Shown here one piece after another: positions 1 through 11,863 of a stretch of 64,000 nucleotides of DNA. The notes beneath the pieces are model-generated. The model saw only the letters and a program-made list of their open reading frames with translations, had not been told where the DNA came from and searched no databases. Every line of letters begins with the position of its first letter. The first letter of the stretch is position 1. The stretch is from Scyliorhinus canicula (Eukaryota), in assembly GCF_902713615.1 (NCBI RefSeq), contig NC_052176.1, positions 11,732,243 to 11,796,242 of the forward strand, given 5' to 3'. Both the position numbers and the translations under genes were made by a program.

Positions 1-101
1 AGCTGGAGCTTGTTAATTAGTTAATTGGATAAGGCCAGTTTTCAGAGGCTAGATTCACAGTATAAATAGGATCCAGCTACAGTGCAGACATTGTTTGCAC
101 T

Positions 102-310
102 GAGTGCTGAACTTGGTGCATTTGAGTGCTATAGTGAGAGTTTGGTGACTGAGGGAGTGCTGAATTTGGTGCATTTGAGTGCTGTAGTGAGAGTTAGGTG
201 ACTGGGGGGAGTGCTGAATTTGGTGCATTTGAGTGCTATAGTGAGAGTTAGGTGACTGAGGGAGTGCTGAATTTGGTGCATTTGAGTGCTATAGTAAGAA
301 TTAGGTGAGG
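102..310 (+). repeat. Four tandem ~53-bp repeats in the CR1 5' UTR
   Basis: GAGTGCTGAATTTGGTGCATTTGAGTGCTATAGTGAGAGTT.GGTGA starts at 102, 155, 209 and 262. Confidence 0.9.
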
Positions 311-3300
311 AGAGAGTAAGGTGCTCCTTTCATTTCATTTCCGCAAAGAGCGAGAAGGGAGCCAGGAGTTCAGAGAGTGCAGCTGACTGGGAGCAGAGTC
401 AGAGGGTGGAGGTCCAGTTGGTCCACAGGGCAGCTATATTCTGTAAGTTAAGAGGGGATGGAGGCTAGGGCAGTTGCATACTCCTCCTGTAGGATGTGGG
501 TGGTGAGGGATACCACCGGTGTCCCCTCTGACTATACCTGCGGGAAGTGCACCCAACTCCAGCTCCTCGGAGACCGTGTTAGGGAACTAGAGCTGGAGCT
601 GGATGAACTTCGGATCATCCAGGAGGCAGAGGGGGTAATAGGGAGTTACAGGGAGGTAACCGCACCCAAGGTGCAGGACAAGAGTAGCTGGGTTACAGTC
701 AGGGGAAGGAAAACAAATGGGCAGACAGTGCAGAGATCCCTCGTGGCCGTTCCCCTTCAAAACAAGTATACTATTTTGGATGCTGTTGGGGGGATGACCT
801 ACCGGGGGAAGGCCCTAGCGGCCAGGCCTCTGGCACTGAGTCTGGCTCTGGGGCTCAGAAGGGAAGCGGGGGGGAATAGAAAAGCAATAGTAATAGCTAT
901 TCAATGGTTAGGGGAATAGATAGGAATTCTGTGGTCGCGAGCGAGACTCCCGGAAGGTATGTTGCCCCCCGGGTGCCAGGGCCAGGGATGCCTCGGATCG
1001 TGTCTTCAGGATCCTGAAGGGGGATGGTGAGCAGCCAGAAGTCATGGTGCACATTTCCTACCTACGTCGTTTGTACCAAAGGGGTGTGGAGGTAATAAAC
1101 ATGTTTATGGAGTTGGGCTGGAAGTTAAAAGGCAGGACAGACAGAATTGTCATCACTGGTTTGTTGCCGGTGCCACGTGACAGCGAGGCTAGGAATAGGG
1201 AGAGAGTGCAGTTGCACACCTGGCTGCAGGAATGGTGCAGGAGGGAGGGCTTCAGGTATTTGGATAATTGGAGAGCATTCTGGGGAAGGTGGGCCTGTAC
1301 AAGCAGGACGGGTTGCATCTGAACCAGAGGGGCACCAATATCCTGGGAGGGAGGTTTTCTAGTACTCTTCGGGAGGGTTTAAACTAATTTGGTAGGGGAA
1401 TGGGAAACGGATTTGTAGTCCAGCAACTAAGGAAGCCGATATTCAGCTCACCAAAGCGTGTAGTGACGCAGTGAGGAAGGTAACACTGACAAAGGAGAGT
1501 ACTTGCAGGCACGGAGATGGGTTGAAGTGTGTATACTTCAACGCAAGAAGCATCAGGAATAAGGTGGGTGAACTTAAGGCATGGATCGGTACTTGGGACT
1601 AGGATGTGGTGGCCATCACGGAAACTTGGATAGAAAAGGGGCAGAAATGGTTGTTGGAGGTCCCTGGTTATAGATGTTTAAACAAGATTAGGGAGGGTGG
1701 TAAAGAGGTGGGGGGGGGGGTGGCATTCTTAATTAGAGATAGTACAACAGCTGCAGAAATGCAGTTCGAGTAGGATGTGCCTACTGAGGTAGTATGGGTT
1801 GAAGTCAGAAATAGGAAAGGAGCAGTCACCTTGTTGGGAGTTTTCTATAGCCCCCCCCCCAATAGCAGCAGTGATGTGGAGGAACAGATTTTGGAAAGAT
1901 GCAGAAGTCACAGGGTAGTAGTCATGGGTGACTTCAACTTCCCAAACATTGAGTGGAAACTCTTTAGATCAAATAGTTTGCATGGGGTAGTGTTTGTGCA
2001 GTGTGTCCAGGAAGCTTTTCTAACAAAGTATGTGGATTGTCTGACCAGAGGGGAGGCCATATTGGATTTGGTACTTGGTAATGAACCAGGGCAAGTGATA
2101 GATTTGTTAGTTGGGGAGCATTTTGGAGGTAGTGACCACAATTCTGTGACTTTCACTTCATTCATGGATAGGTGCGTGCAACAGGACAATGTTTACAATT
2201 GGGGGATAGGTAAATACAATGCTGTGAGACAAGAATTGAAGTGCAGAAGTTGGGAACATAGGCTGTCAGGGAAGGACACGTGAAATGTGGAACTTGTTCA
2301 AGGATCAGGTACTAAATGTCTTTGATATGTATGTCCCTGTCAGGCAGGGAACATATGGTCAAGTGAGGGAACCATGTTTGACAAGAGAGGTTGAATGTCT
2401 TGTAAAGAGGAAGAAAGAGACTTGTGTAAGGCTGAGGAAACAAGGTTCAGACAGGACGCTGGAGGGATACAAGATAGCCAGGAGGGAACTGAAGAAAGGG
2501 ATTAGGAGAGCTAAGAGAGGGCATGAAAAATCTTTGGTGGGTAGGATCAAGGAAAACCCCAAGGCCTTTTACACATATGTGAGAAATATGAGAATGACTA
2601 GAGCGAGGGTAGGTCCGATCAAGGACAGTAGCGGGAGATTGTGTATTGAGTCTGAAGAGATAGGAGAGGTCTTGAACGAGTACTTTTCTCCAGTATTTAC
2701 AAACGAGAGGGGCCATATTGTTGGAGAGGACAGTGTGAAACAGACTGGAAAGCTCGAGGGGATACTTTTTAGCAAGGAAGATGTGTTGGGCATTTTGAAA
2801 AACTTGAGGATAGACAAGGCCCCAGAGCCTGACGGGATACACCCTAGGATTCTATGGGAAGCAAGAAATGAAATTGCAGAGCCGTTGGTAATGATCTTTT
2901 CGTCCTCACTGTCAACAGGGGTGGTACCAGGGGATTGGAGTGGCGAATGTTGTGCCTCTGTTCAAAAAAGGGAAAAGGGATAACTCTGGGAATTACAGGC
3001 AAGTTAGTCTTACTTCGGTGGTAGGCAAAGTAATGGAAAGGTTACTGAGGTTATAGGATTTCTGAACATCTGGAAAAATACTGCTAGATTAGGGATAGTC
3101 AGCACGGATTTCTGAGGGGTAGGTCTTGCCTTACAAGTCTTATTGAATTCTTTGAGGAGATGACCAAGCATGTTGATGAAGGTAAAGGAGTGGATGTAGT
3201 GTACATGGATTTTAGTAAGGCATTTGATAAGTTTCCCATGGTAGGCTTATGCAGAAAGTAAGGAGGCATGGGATAGTGGGAAATTTTGCCAGTTGGATAA

Positions 3301-3695
3301 TGAACTGGCTAACCAATAGAAGTCAGAGATTGGTAGTGGATGGGAAATATTCAGCCTGGAGCCCAGTTACCAGTGGAGTACCGCAGGGATCAGTTCTGGG
3401 TCCGCTGCTGTTTGTGATTTTAATTAATGACTTGGATGAGTGAGTTGAAGGGTGGGTCAGTAAATTTGAAGATGATATGAAGATTGGTGGAGTTGTGGAT
3501 AGTGAGGAGGGCTGTTGTCGGCTGCAAAGAGACATAGATAGGATGCAGAGCTGGGCTGAGAAGTGGTAGATGGAGTTTAACCCTGACAAGTGTGAGGTTG
3601 TCCATTTTGGAAGGAGAAATGTGAATGCGGAATACAGGGTTAACGGTAGGGTTCTTGGCAATGCTGAGGAGCAGAGAGATCTTGGGGTCTATGTT

Positions 3696-3884
3696 GAAAT
3701 GAAATGAAAAATGAAAATCGCTTATTGTCACGAGTAGGCTTCAATGAAGTTACTGTGAAAAGCCCCTAGTCGCCCACATACCGGCGCTTGTCTGGGGAGG
3801 CTGGTATGGGAATCAAACTGTGCTGCTGGCCTGCTTGGTGTGCTTTAAAAGCCAGCGATTTAGCCCAGTGAGCTAAACCAGACC
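3696..3884 (-). mobile_element. Short (~190 bp) tRNA-derived SINE with (TTTCA)n tail, inserted in CR1 ORF2
   Basis: 7-bp target-site duplication CTATGTT at 3689-3695 and 3885-3891. Minus strand has A-box-like TAGCTCACTGG and B-box-like GTTTGATTCCC. Homologous copies at 18797 and 59130. Confidence 0.88.
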
Positions 3885-4491
3885 CTATGTTCAGAGATCT
3901 TTGAAAGTTACCACTCAAGTGGACAGAGCTGTGAAGAAGGCCTATGGTGTGCTAGCGTTCATTGGCAGAGGGATTGAATTTAAGAGCCATGAGGTGATGA
4001 TGCAGCTGTACAAAACCTTGGTAAGGCCACATGTGGAGTACTGTGTGCAGTTCTGGTCACCTCATTTTAGGAAGGATGTGGAAGCTTTGGAAAAGGTGCA
4101 AAGGAGATTTACCAGGATGTTGCCTGGAATGGAGAGTAGGTCTTACGAGGAAAGGTTGAGGATGCTAGGCCTTTTCTCATTAGAACGGAGAAGGATGAGG
4201 GGCGACTTGATAGAGGTTTATAAGATGATCAGGGGAATAGATAGAGTAGACAGTCAGAGACTTTTTCCCCGGGTGGAACAAACCATTACAAGGGTACATA
4301 AATTTAAGGTGAATGGTGGAAGATATAGGGGGGATGTCAGAGGTAGTTTTTTTACCCAGAGAGTAGTGGGGGCATGGAATGCACTGCCTGTGGATGTCGT
4401 TGAATCGACAACATTAGGGACCTTCAAGCGGCTATTGATTATGTACATGGATTATGGTAGAATAATGGAGTGTAGATTAATTTGTTATTAA

Positions 4492-4849
4492 GGGCAGCAC
4501 GGTAGCATTGTGGATAGCACAATTGCTTCACAGCTCCAGGGTCCCAGGTTTGATTCCGCCTTGGGTCACTGTCTGTGCAGGAGTCTGCACATCCTCCCCT
4601 TGTGTGCGTGAGTTTCCTCCGGGTGCTCCGGTTTTCTCCCACAGGTCCAATGATGTGCAGGTTAGGTGGATTGGCCATGATAAATTGCCCTTAGTGTCCA
4701 AAATTGCCGTCAGTGTTGGGTGGGGTTACTGGGTTATGGGGATAGGGTTGAGGTGTTGGCCCCGGGTAGAGTGCTCTTTCCAAGAGCTGGTGCAGACTCG
4801 ATGGGCTGAGTGGCCTCCTTCTGCACTGTAAATTCTATGATAATCTATG
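4492..4849 (+). mobile_element. HE1-type (V-SINE-like) shark SINE inserted in the CR1 3' UTR
   Basis: Head GGGCAGCACGGTAGC, B-box GGTTTGATTCC, core 'GGTTAGGTGGATTGGCCATG.TAAATTGCCC'. TATTAA duplicated at 4486-4491 and 4850-4855. Confidence 0.9.
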
Positions 4850-4930
4850 TATTAATCTAGGACAAAGGTTCGGCACAACATTGTGGGCCGAAGGGCCTGT
4901 TCTGTGCTGTAATTTTCTATGTTCGATGTT

Positions 4931-6535
4931 CCCCTGTTGGGGGATCTGAGGTGTGCAGTCCCCGGTAAAAGTCCTCAAAGGTCTTGTTAACCTTGTTTGG
5001 GTCTGTTTCTAGTGTGCCTCTGTTGTCCCTAATTTGCACAGTCTTTCTGTTGGCTGCTCAGCTGGCCTTCTCTGCTGGTGTGCCAACAGGCGGCTGGCTT
5101 TGTCCCCGTGTTTGTATAGGGTTCCCCGTGCTTGGTGGAGTTGGTGCACTGCTTTACTCGTGGAGAGCAGGTCAAAGTCCATTTGTTGCTTTTCCCTCTC
5201 TGCCAAGAGCTCTATTGTTGGGGCTGACTGCTGCCTAGCCACTCTCTCCTCTCTCCCTTTGTGCTTTAAAGGCAATAGTTTCCCCTCCAATCACGGCCTT
5301 TAGCTCCTCCCAGACATGGAAGCTGAGACCTCCCCATTTTGGTTGTTTGTCGTATACTCCGCTATGGCCTGTGATACCCTCTCGCTGAAAGCCATGTTGG
5401 CCAGTCGGGCAGCGCCCAACCTCTATGTGGGGCATTGGGTACTGCCCATCTCCAACCTCACATCCATATAATGTGGAGCATGGTCTGAGATTACGATTAC
5501 GGAGACTCCGCCTTGACCAGCTCTGGGAGCACCGATTTTCCAACCAGAAAGAAGTGACTCCTCAAGTATATGTTGTGGACTGGTGAGAACAAGGAGAAAT
5601 CCTGCTGCCCTGGGTGGGTGAACCTCCCACTGCCCCCATCTGCCCCATGAAGCGACCGGGTTCCTTCACCATGTTCAAGGTCTTCCCCGTTCCGGGGTTT
5701 GACCTGTCTGTCCATGTGTCCTGTACACAGTTAAAGTCTCCCCCCCCCCCCCCCCCACAAACCATGATAAGTCGATGTGTCGCTATGTAGGGGATTTCTG
5801 CCTTTGTCTTAGAACAGTACAGCACAGAACAGGCCCTTCGGCCCTCGATGTTGTGCCGAGCAATGATCACCCTACTCAACCCAACGTATCCACCCTATAC
5901 CAGTAACATCCCCCCCCTCCACAATTAACCTTATTTTTTTAGGACACTAAGGGCAATTTAAGGACACTAAGGGCAATTTAGCATAGCCAATCCACCTAAC
6001 CCGCACATCTTTGGACTGTGGGAGGAAACTGGAGGAAACCCACACACACACTGGGAGGACGTGCAGACTCCGCACAGACAGTGTCCCAGCCGGGAATCGA
6101 ACCTGGGACCATGGAGCTGTGAAGCATTTGTGCTAACCACCATGCTACCGTGCTGCCCAAAATGTTGTTAACAAAAATCTTGTTAATGAATTTTGCGTTG
6201 TCCCAGTTGAGAGTGTTCACGTTGACAGTACTACCGGTGCGCCGTCCAACCATGACGTACGATCCCCCTGGGTCCGTTACCGTCATCGTCACCTTCAACA
6301 TAGTCCTGTTCTTTAACAGAATCACTACCCCCCTGGCCCTCGTCCCATGGCAGGAATGGTAAGTCTGTCCCACCCAGCCCTTCCTTAGCCACAGCCGGTC
6401 CTGCTCTCTCAGGTATGTCTCTTGGAGGACGACTATGTCGGCTCTCATGTTTCTTCAGTGGGTGAAGACTCTGAATCTTTTCACAGGGCCTTTAAGTCCC
6501 TTGACATTCCAGGTTTCCAGGTCCCTTTTCCCATC
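4931..6535 (-). mobile_element. Decayed L1-clade LINE ORF2 5' part (endonuclease and linker); may extend to ~7070
   Basis: Minus-strand peptides 'TWNVKGLKGPVKR', 'ADIVVLQETYL', 'GGDFNCVQD', 'WEELKAVIGGE', 'GDKASRLLAHQ' match L1 ORF2 motifs. Truncated at the CR1 tail. Confidence 0.85.
5810..6158 (-). mobile_element. HE1-type SINE nested in the L1 fragment
   Basis: Reverse complement of the HE1 head at 6140-6158 and of the tail (AGAACAGTACAGCACAGAACAGGCCCTTCGGCCC) at 5811. Internal 20-bp duplication at 5941-5980. Confidence 0.9.
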
Positions 6536-7555
6536 ACCTCCCCTTCCCGTCCCCCCGCTCCTATCTCCTTTCCCTTCCCCTCCCCCTCTGTTTCCTTTCC
6601 CCGAGCTCTTTTTCCCCGATACTTCTCCATCCCCGCTGTTTGTTCCCACTCCCCCTGCCAGGCACTGCCCCCCACCCCCCCCCCCGTTGGCAGACAGCCG
6701 CGGCCTCTATCTGCTGCATGTTCCCGGCGTTAGCTCTCCTGCTAGTGTGCTGACCCTCCTCCCGGGAGTTACTGTCCCGCTGTCCTCCCACCCAATCTCT
6801 GTGGTTTCTGTATGTTCTTTCCACATCATGCCCGACACTTGGTCCTCCACCTTTTGCCCTTGTCTGCACGTATACGGCCAGCATCTTCCGCCTCTTCGTC
6901 AGTCAGTTGTGTTGTGGGGGGTGGAGGAGGGGTGAGGTTCTTTTCTCCCCCTCCCCCCTCCAATTGTTGGTTTGCCAATGCGCTGCCGCTCTTCGCCTGG
7001 ACCCCTCCCGCCTCTCCTGTGGTCACGGCCCCAGCCCGCAGTCTGTGACAAACGTATCTGCTTCAGCTGGGGCCTTAAAAACAATATTTTTTGCCCTGGT
7101 ATGTGACCCAGGCCTGGCTGGATATAATATATAAGGATATATCTCCTGCTTTGAAGCACTCCCCTGGTTCACATTCACCACAAATTCTATAAACTCCTGG
7201 TTTTAACTCCCCAGGTTTTACCCATTTCAACAAATACACACACTCATATTGTGTAATTGTCGGGTTTTCACAATCCTCTCTTAAACATACTTATACACCT
7301 GGTTTTACACACACACACCTGGTATTACTGCCTCAAATTTTACATGTATTGTACAATCACTGGGTTTGCACACTGCCCGGCTTACACACTTCATAGGGTT
7401 TTACACAACCCTGGTTCACAGACACCCAGCTTGCACAATCACTTACTTTTTCACACTTTCCTTGTTAACACACTTGCACCCATGGCTTTGCACGATCCAT
7501 TGGTTGTACACACATCACTGACTTTACACACTCCCAGTTTATGTAATTCTATTAC

Positions 7556-7762
7556 AGGGGAGTGAGCAAAGCAGGGGAGCGAGGGAACCAGGGGAGCGAG
7601 CGAAGCAGGTGAGCGAGCAAGCGAAGCAGGGGAGCGAGCAAGCGAAGCAGGGGAGCGAGCGAACCAGGGGAGCGAGCGAAGCAGGGGAGCGAGCGAAGCA
7701 GGGGAGCGAGCAAGCGAACCAGGGGAGCGAGCGAACCAGGGGAGCGAGTGAAGCAGGGGAGT
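7556..7762. repeat. GC/CpG-rich minisatellite, 17-21 bp unit (GAAGCAGGGGAGCGAGC)
   Basis: About 11 directly visible tandem units. Confidence 0.9.
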
Positions 7763-8019
7763 GTGTAAAACAGCACAGTATTTAATTCCCGGATATGCTA
7801 ACAAATAGCCGTGTGTGTGAAGAACCAGAGTGCGTGAGCAGGGGTGTGTGTTAAACCAGGCAAATGTATAAACCAGGGGCTGTGGAAACCAGGAGAGTGA
7901 GAAAACTAGGAATGTGCTAAACCAGGAGTGTGTGCAAAATTAGGGCAGTGAGTAAAGCAGTTGATTGTACAAATCAAATTCACTTTGCAATTGGAAATGG
8001 GTGATAATGAAGTGAATCA

Positions 8020-8274
8020 GTGAAATGTTAGTTTTCAGAAAGTGTGAGTTTGAGGGGCTGAATGGCAGTGTAATAACAAACAAGCTGCAGGCAATGACTA
8101 CAAATTGAATATTTCATTGGGACAAACACACAGCTCCAAAGGTGATTGAATGATCCCTTGGGCGCAGGGCCACTTGCACCCACACACACACAGTCCCCCC
8201 AACACGAGCTCTGTAGGAGATTTCGCTCTATATTTGATGACAGTGAAATGGGGAATATTCTCATAGATTCTCAA
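8020..8274 (+). repeat. Diverged duplicate of 19973-20227
   Basis: Both copies run from GTGAAATGTTAGTTT.CAGAAAGTGTGAGTTTGAGGGGCTGAATGG to GATTCTCAA. Confidence 0.9.
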
Positions 8275-8275
8275 A

Positions 8276-8472
8276 GTACCAGGGACTGATACATACAGGA
8301 TAAATCCGGCACAGAGATTTTGGCAAAGAATGAAAACTGCTGATGGAATGTCAAATTCACACTCACTACCAGTGGCAACCTCACAATGAGCTGTTGTTCG
8401 TGTATCGGACCACACCCAACTTTTGTTAGGATACCGGACAAGAAACTGCAAATATCTTTTTCAATTTGTAAA
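8276..8472 (+). repeat. ~200-bp direct repeat, second copy at 9383-9581
   Basis: Shared GACTGATACATACAGGATAAATCCGGCACAGAGAT ... TCAATTTGTAAA. Confidence 0.88.
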
Positions 8473-8488
8473 TTGAAAATTGTACATT

Positions 8489-8580
8489 AACTCAATGTAC
8501 AGCTCAAATGTACAGAATCAACTCTATGTACAGCTCAAATGTACAGAATCAACTCTATGTACAGCTCAAATGTACAGAAT
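8489..8580 (+). repeat. 3 x 31-bp tandem repeat
   Basis: AACTC(T/A)ATGTACAGCTCAAATGTACAGAATC at 8489, 8520 and 8551. Confidence 0.9.
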
Positions 8581-9798
8581 AAACATGAAGGTGACATCAC
8601 ATACCTGAAAAGAGGAGGTGCAGATCATAATCCACATTCGCTTACCAAAACCACACTTGTAATAAATTTAAAACGTGACAATTACTTTTCAGAAACCAAA
8701 AGACGCAGACAATATATTCATATACTTGTGACAGAAAAGTGCACAATTATTCAATTTTGTCACATCAGAATGGATAGGAGTAGAGAAAATTATGTCTTAA
8801 TGAATCAGAAATTAAAAAGATGGAATAGTTTACTTTAATGTTTTCAGGAACTCAAATGAGTAGATAAAACAAAATAAGATACTGAGCTATGAGAGATTGA
8901 GGTGAACATATTAACACATAGAGCCACACTGAAAACTGTGATAGATGCACGATATAACACAATGTTCCAATTCACTGCAATATACAGAGTGAAAACAACA
9001 CTCACATGGCAGCAGTGGACATTCTCAGTGAAAAGCGGGACAGATATACCTCATACTGGCAGCTTTATGAATATAAACATGCTTCCATTCATCTATTTAA
9101 AGAAATAGAGATTAATATCTACCCTTTGCAGAAACATAAGGTTGCAGCACAAACCTAGAATCTATGCATCAGAAACTCTGGGAAACAGAGTACAATAGAC
9201 AGTGACATATACAGACTCGGCTGACTTATGCGAAGTTTGACCTATTACAATTGTAGTTAGAAGAACTACAATCAACTTTCTTAAAAGATATAGGTATCAG
9301 AGAGGATGTTGCTGTGAAAATCCTACTTTCCTACACAGTACCATCTGTGACAGGTCAAGAAGGAAAACAGTAATGACATACTGTACCGGAGACTGATACA
9401 TACAGGATAAATCCGGCACAGAGATGTTTGACAAAGAATGAAGACTGCAGATGAAATGTCAAACTCACACTCACTTTCCGTGGCATCCTCACAATGAGCT
9501 GTTGTTAGTGGATCGGATCACACCCCAACTTTTGTTAGGACACCGGACGAGAAACTGCAAACATTTTTTTCAATTTGTAAAACTGTGAGGAAAGGAAATT
9601 TGTCCCCAGGAGTGATGATACTGACCAATATATTAAAACAAACTTCAGTTTAAACACATAATTAATCACATTAACATCAAAGCACCAGCTTTACAATTAA
9701 CAGTGAATCCTATACTCTCTCAGATTATCAGATTGTCAGGTAAAGAATCAATTACATATTCACAAAGAAAAATAAACATATGATAGAGAGAGAAATAA

Positions 9799-9924
9799 AG
9801 CACAGAACAGCCCCTTCTGCCCACGGTATTGTGCTGAACTTTTCTCCTAGCTTAATCATAGAATTTTGAACACTAAGGGCAATTTATCATGGCCAGTCCA
9901 CCCAACCTGCACAAATTTGGACTG
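9799..9924 (-). mobile_element. Truncated, decayed HE1-type SINE 3' part
   Basis: AGCACAGAACAGCCCCTTC ... CACTAAGGGCAATTTATCATGGCCAGTCCACCCAACCTGCAC matches other copies. Confidence 0.7.
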
Positions 9925-10708
9925 ATATTGACAGTTATGTGAGAAATTTCACTCCAGTACACCTGAGGAAACAAGAATTTGCAGTATGAATGACATGGTT
10001 GCATTGCTTTCAGAGGCAGTCTTACAAAGAATCATATCCATATCGAGATTCCAGAAAATGACAGATCCAGACAGGAATGCAGGGGATAATGGATTAGTGC
10101 AAAACTCACATTCTGAATCAGAGAATGGTGAATCGAAAACAAATCCTAGAACAATTCATTTGCAGCGAATGATAGATGCAGAATGACTTGGATACTGACA
10201 TTGTGGCCCAGTGGTGAACCGATACTGGATAAACATATTTCATATACAGACCACTATTGGTTTTAGTATATATGTTTGAATGTGGGCATTATCAAAAAGT
10301 ACCTTCCTAATAGCTGTGTTTAAGGTGGCTGTGGACTGCCTTCTTTCACCCTCGTAGCCTGTCTGCCGAAGCTACATCGATAGAACAAGGGCACAACAAA
10401 GAACACACCAACAATAAACATGCAAACACACAAAAACCCCACAGTTGCATCCCAATAACTGATAGGGTAAATAAAACAAACATTCAAAAACAGATGCAGA
10501 TACTGAGTTATCACAACATCCACATTCCCGTGACTGAAATATTCAGAGTAAATTCCACATCCAATTAGCAGAGTAAAGAACAGGCATCAAGTAAACCTCC
10601 ATTGTGTTGCAGTAACTGACACATGCAGCACAGAACCAACATTCTGACATTGGGAACAGACAAGTGAGATTAAAACGCATTGTTACATAAAGGAAACTGA
10701 CAGAGACT

Positions 10709-11056
10709 TAGAATTTACAGTGCCGAAGGAGGCTATTCGGCCCATCGAGTCTGCACCGGCTCCTGGAAAGAGCATCCTACCCAAGGTCCACACCTCCACC
10801 CTATCCCCATAACCCAGTAACCCCACCCAACATTAAGGGCAATTTTGGACACTAAGGGACAATTTAGCATGGCCAATCCCCCTAACCTGCACGTCTTTGG
10901 ACTGTGGGAGGAAACCGGAGCACCCAGAGGAAACCCACACACACGCACGGGGAGGATGTGCAGACTCCGCACAGACAGTGACCCAAGCCGGGAATCGAAC
11001 CTGAAACCCGGGAGCTGTGAAGCGATTGTGCTCTCCGCAATGCTACCGTGCTGCCC
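10709..11056 (-). mobile_element. HE1-type SINE, full length
   Basis: Reverse complement closely matches 4492-4849. Confidence 0.9.
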
Positions 11057-11515
11057 TTAATACACATTCACTTCCCGTATTTAACAGGCACAGGAGAAAA
11101 ACGACTTTCCATCCATGGCAGAACTAACCTGTGGAGAGAAAATAGACAATGAGACAGCTGTACAGCAGAAAATACTGATTCACAAACTGGAAACTGTCAG
11201 CTCAATAGTAAATGAGCAAAACAAACTCATATGAGACTGTAATGGGTTTGCAGTGATCCCATTCAATGTCCAAAAATTACAGATAAAGTGTAAGGTGTTT
11301 CCTTCTACATTGAAAATACAGGTAAACTCAAATTCACACATAATAAATTGACAAATTCAAAGTGCAGCCAGCATTTACTACAGTACGAATATGACAAAAA
11401 TAGAATAAGATAGTCACCAAATAATGGCACACAAAATAAAATTGACATGAAGCTAGTAGAAATGGAATACAAGATTAATATCTCCAATCACAGATTAGAA
11501 AGCCGGTTCACCCCG

Positions 11516-11800
11516 ACACTCACACTGTATCAGAGTGTCAGTAAATCCCACACTCACACACTGCATCAGAGAGTGAGTAAATCCCACACTCACACACTGT
11601 ATCAGAGAGTGAGTAAATCCCACACTCTCACACTGTATCAGAGAGTGAGTAAATCCCACACTCTCACACTGTATCAGAGAGTGAGTAAATCCCACACTCA
11701 CACACTGTATCAGAGAGTGAGTAAATCCCACACTCACACACTGTATCAGAGTGAGTAAATCCCACACTCTCACACAGTATCAGAGTGAGTAACTCACACA
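11516..11800 (+). repeat. Short array (~9 units) of the 28-32 bp satellite upstream of H2B copy 1
   Basis: Unit CACACTGTATCAGAGAGTGAGTAAATCCCACACT, same as 35490-55557. Confidence 0.95.
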
Positions 11801-11863
11801 CTGACAAACTTGGACTGGAGACATTCTTTCTGAAATGCATTTGCTGTTTGTCGTAAGGAGGTT

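Larger units (their letters stand above)
1..4930 (+). mobile_element. Near full-length, decayed CR1-clade LINE (HER1-like): 5' UTR, ORF1, ORF2 (APE + RT), 3' tail; interrupted by two SINEs
   Basis: ORF1 remnants 458-1387 (Cys motif, leucine zipper LELELDEL, esterase-like 'RIVITGLLPVPR', ends EGLN*). ORF2 pieces 'GDFNFPNI', 'LDLVL', 'SDHNSV', '[14 protein letters not shown]', 'LEKVQRRFTRML'. Tail ending ...TTCTATGTT at ~4930. Many stops and frameshifts. Confidence 0.93.

Noticed and set aside
8276-9581. LTR retroelement suggested by the ~200-bp direct repeats
   Set aside because: No clear TG...CA ends, primer-binding site, polypurine tract or internal coding remnant.
8580-11480. Possible minus-strand spliced gene or snoRNA host in the A-rich region
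   Set aside because: Only isolated splice-like motifs; no coherent exon chain, ORF or paired snoRNA boxes.
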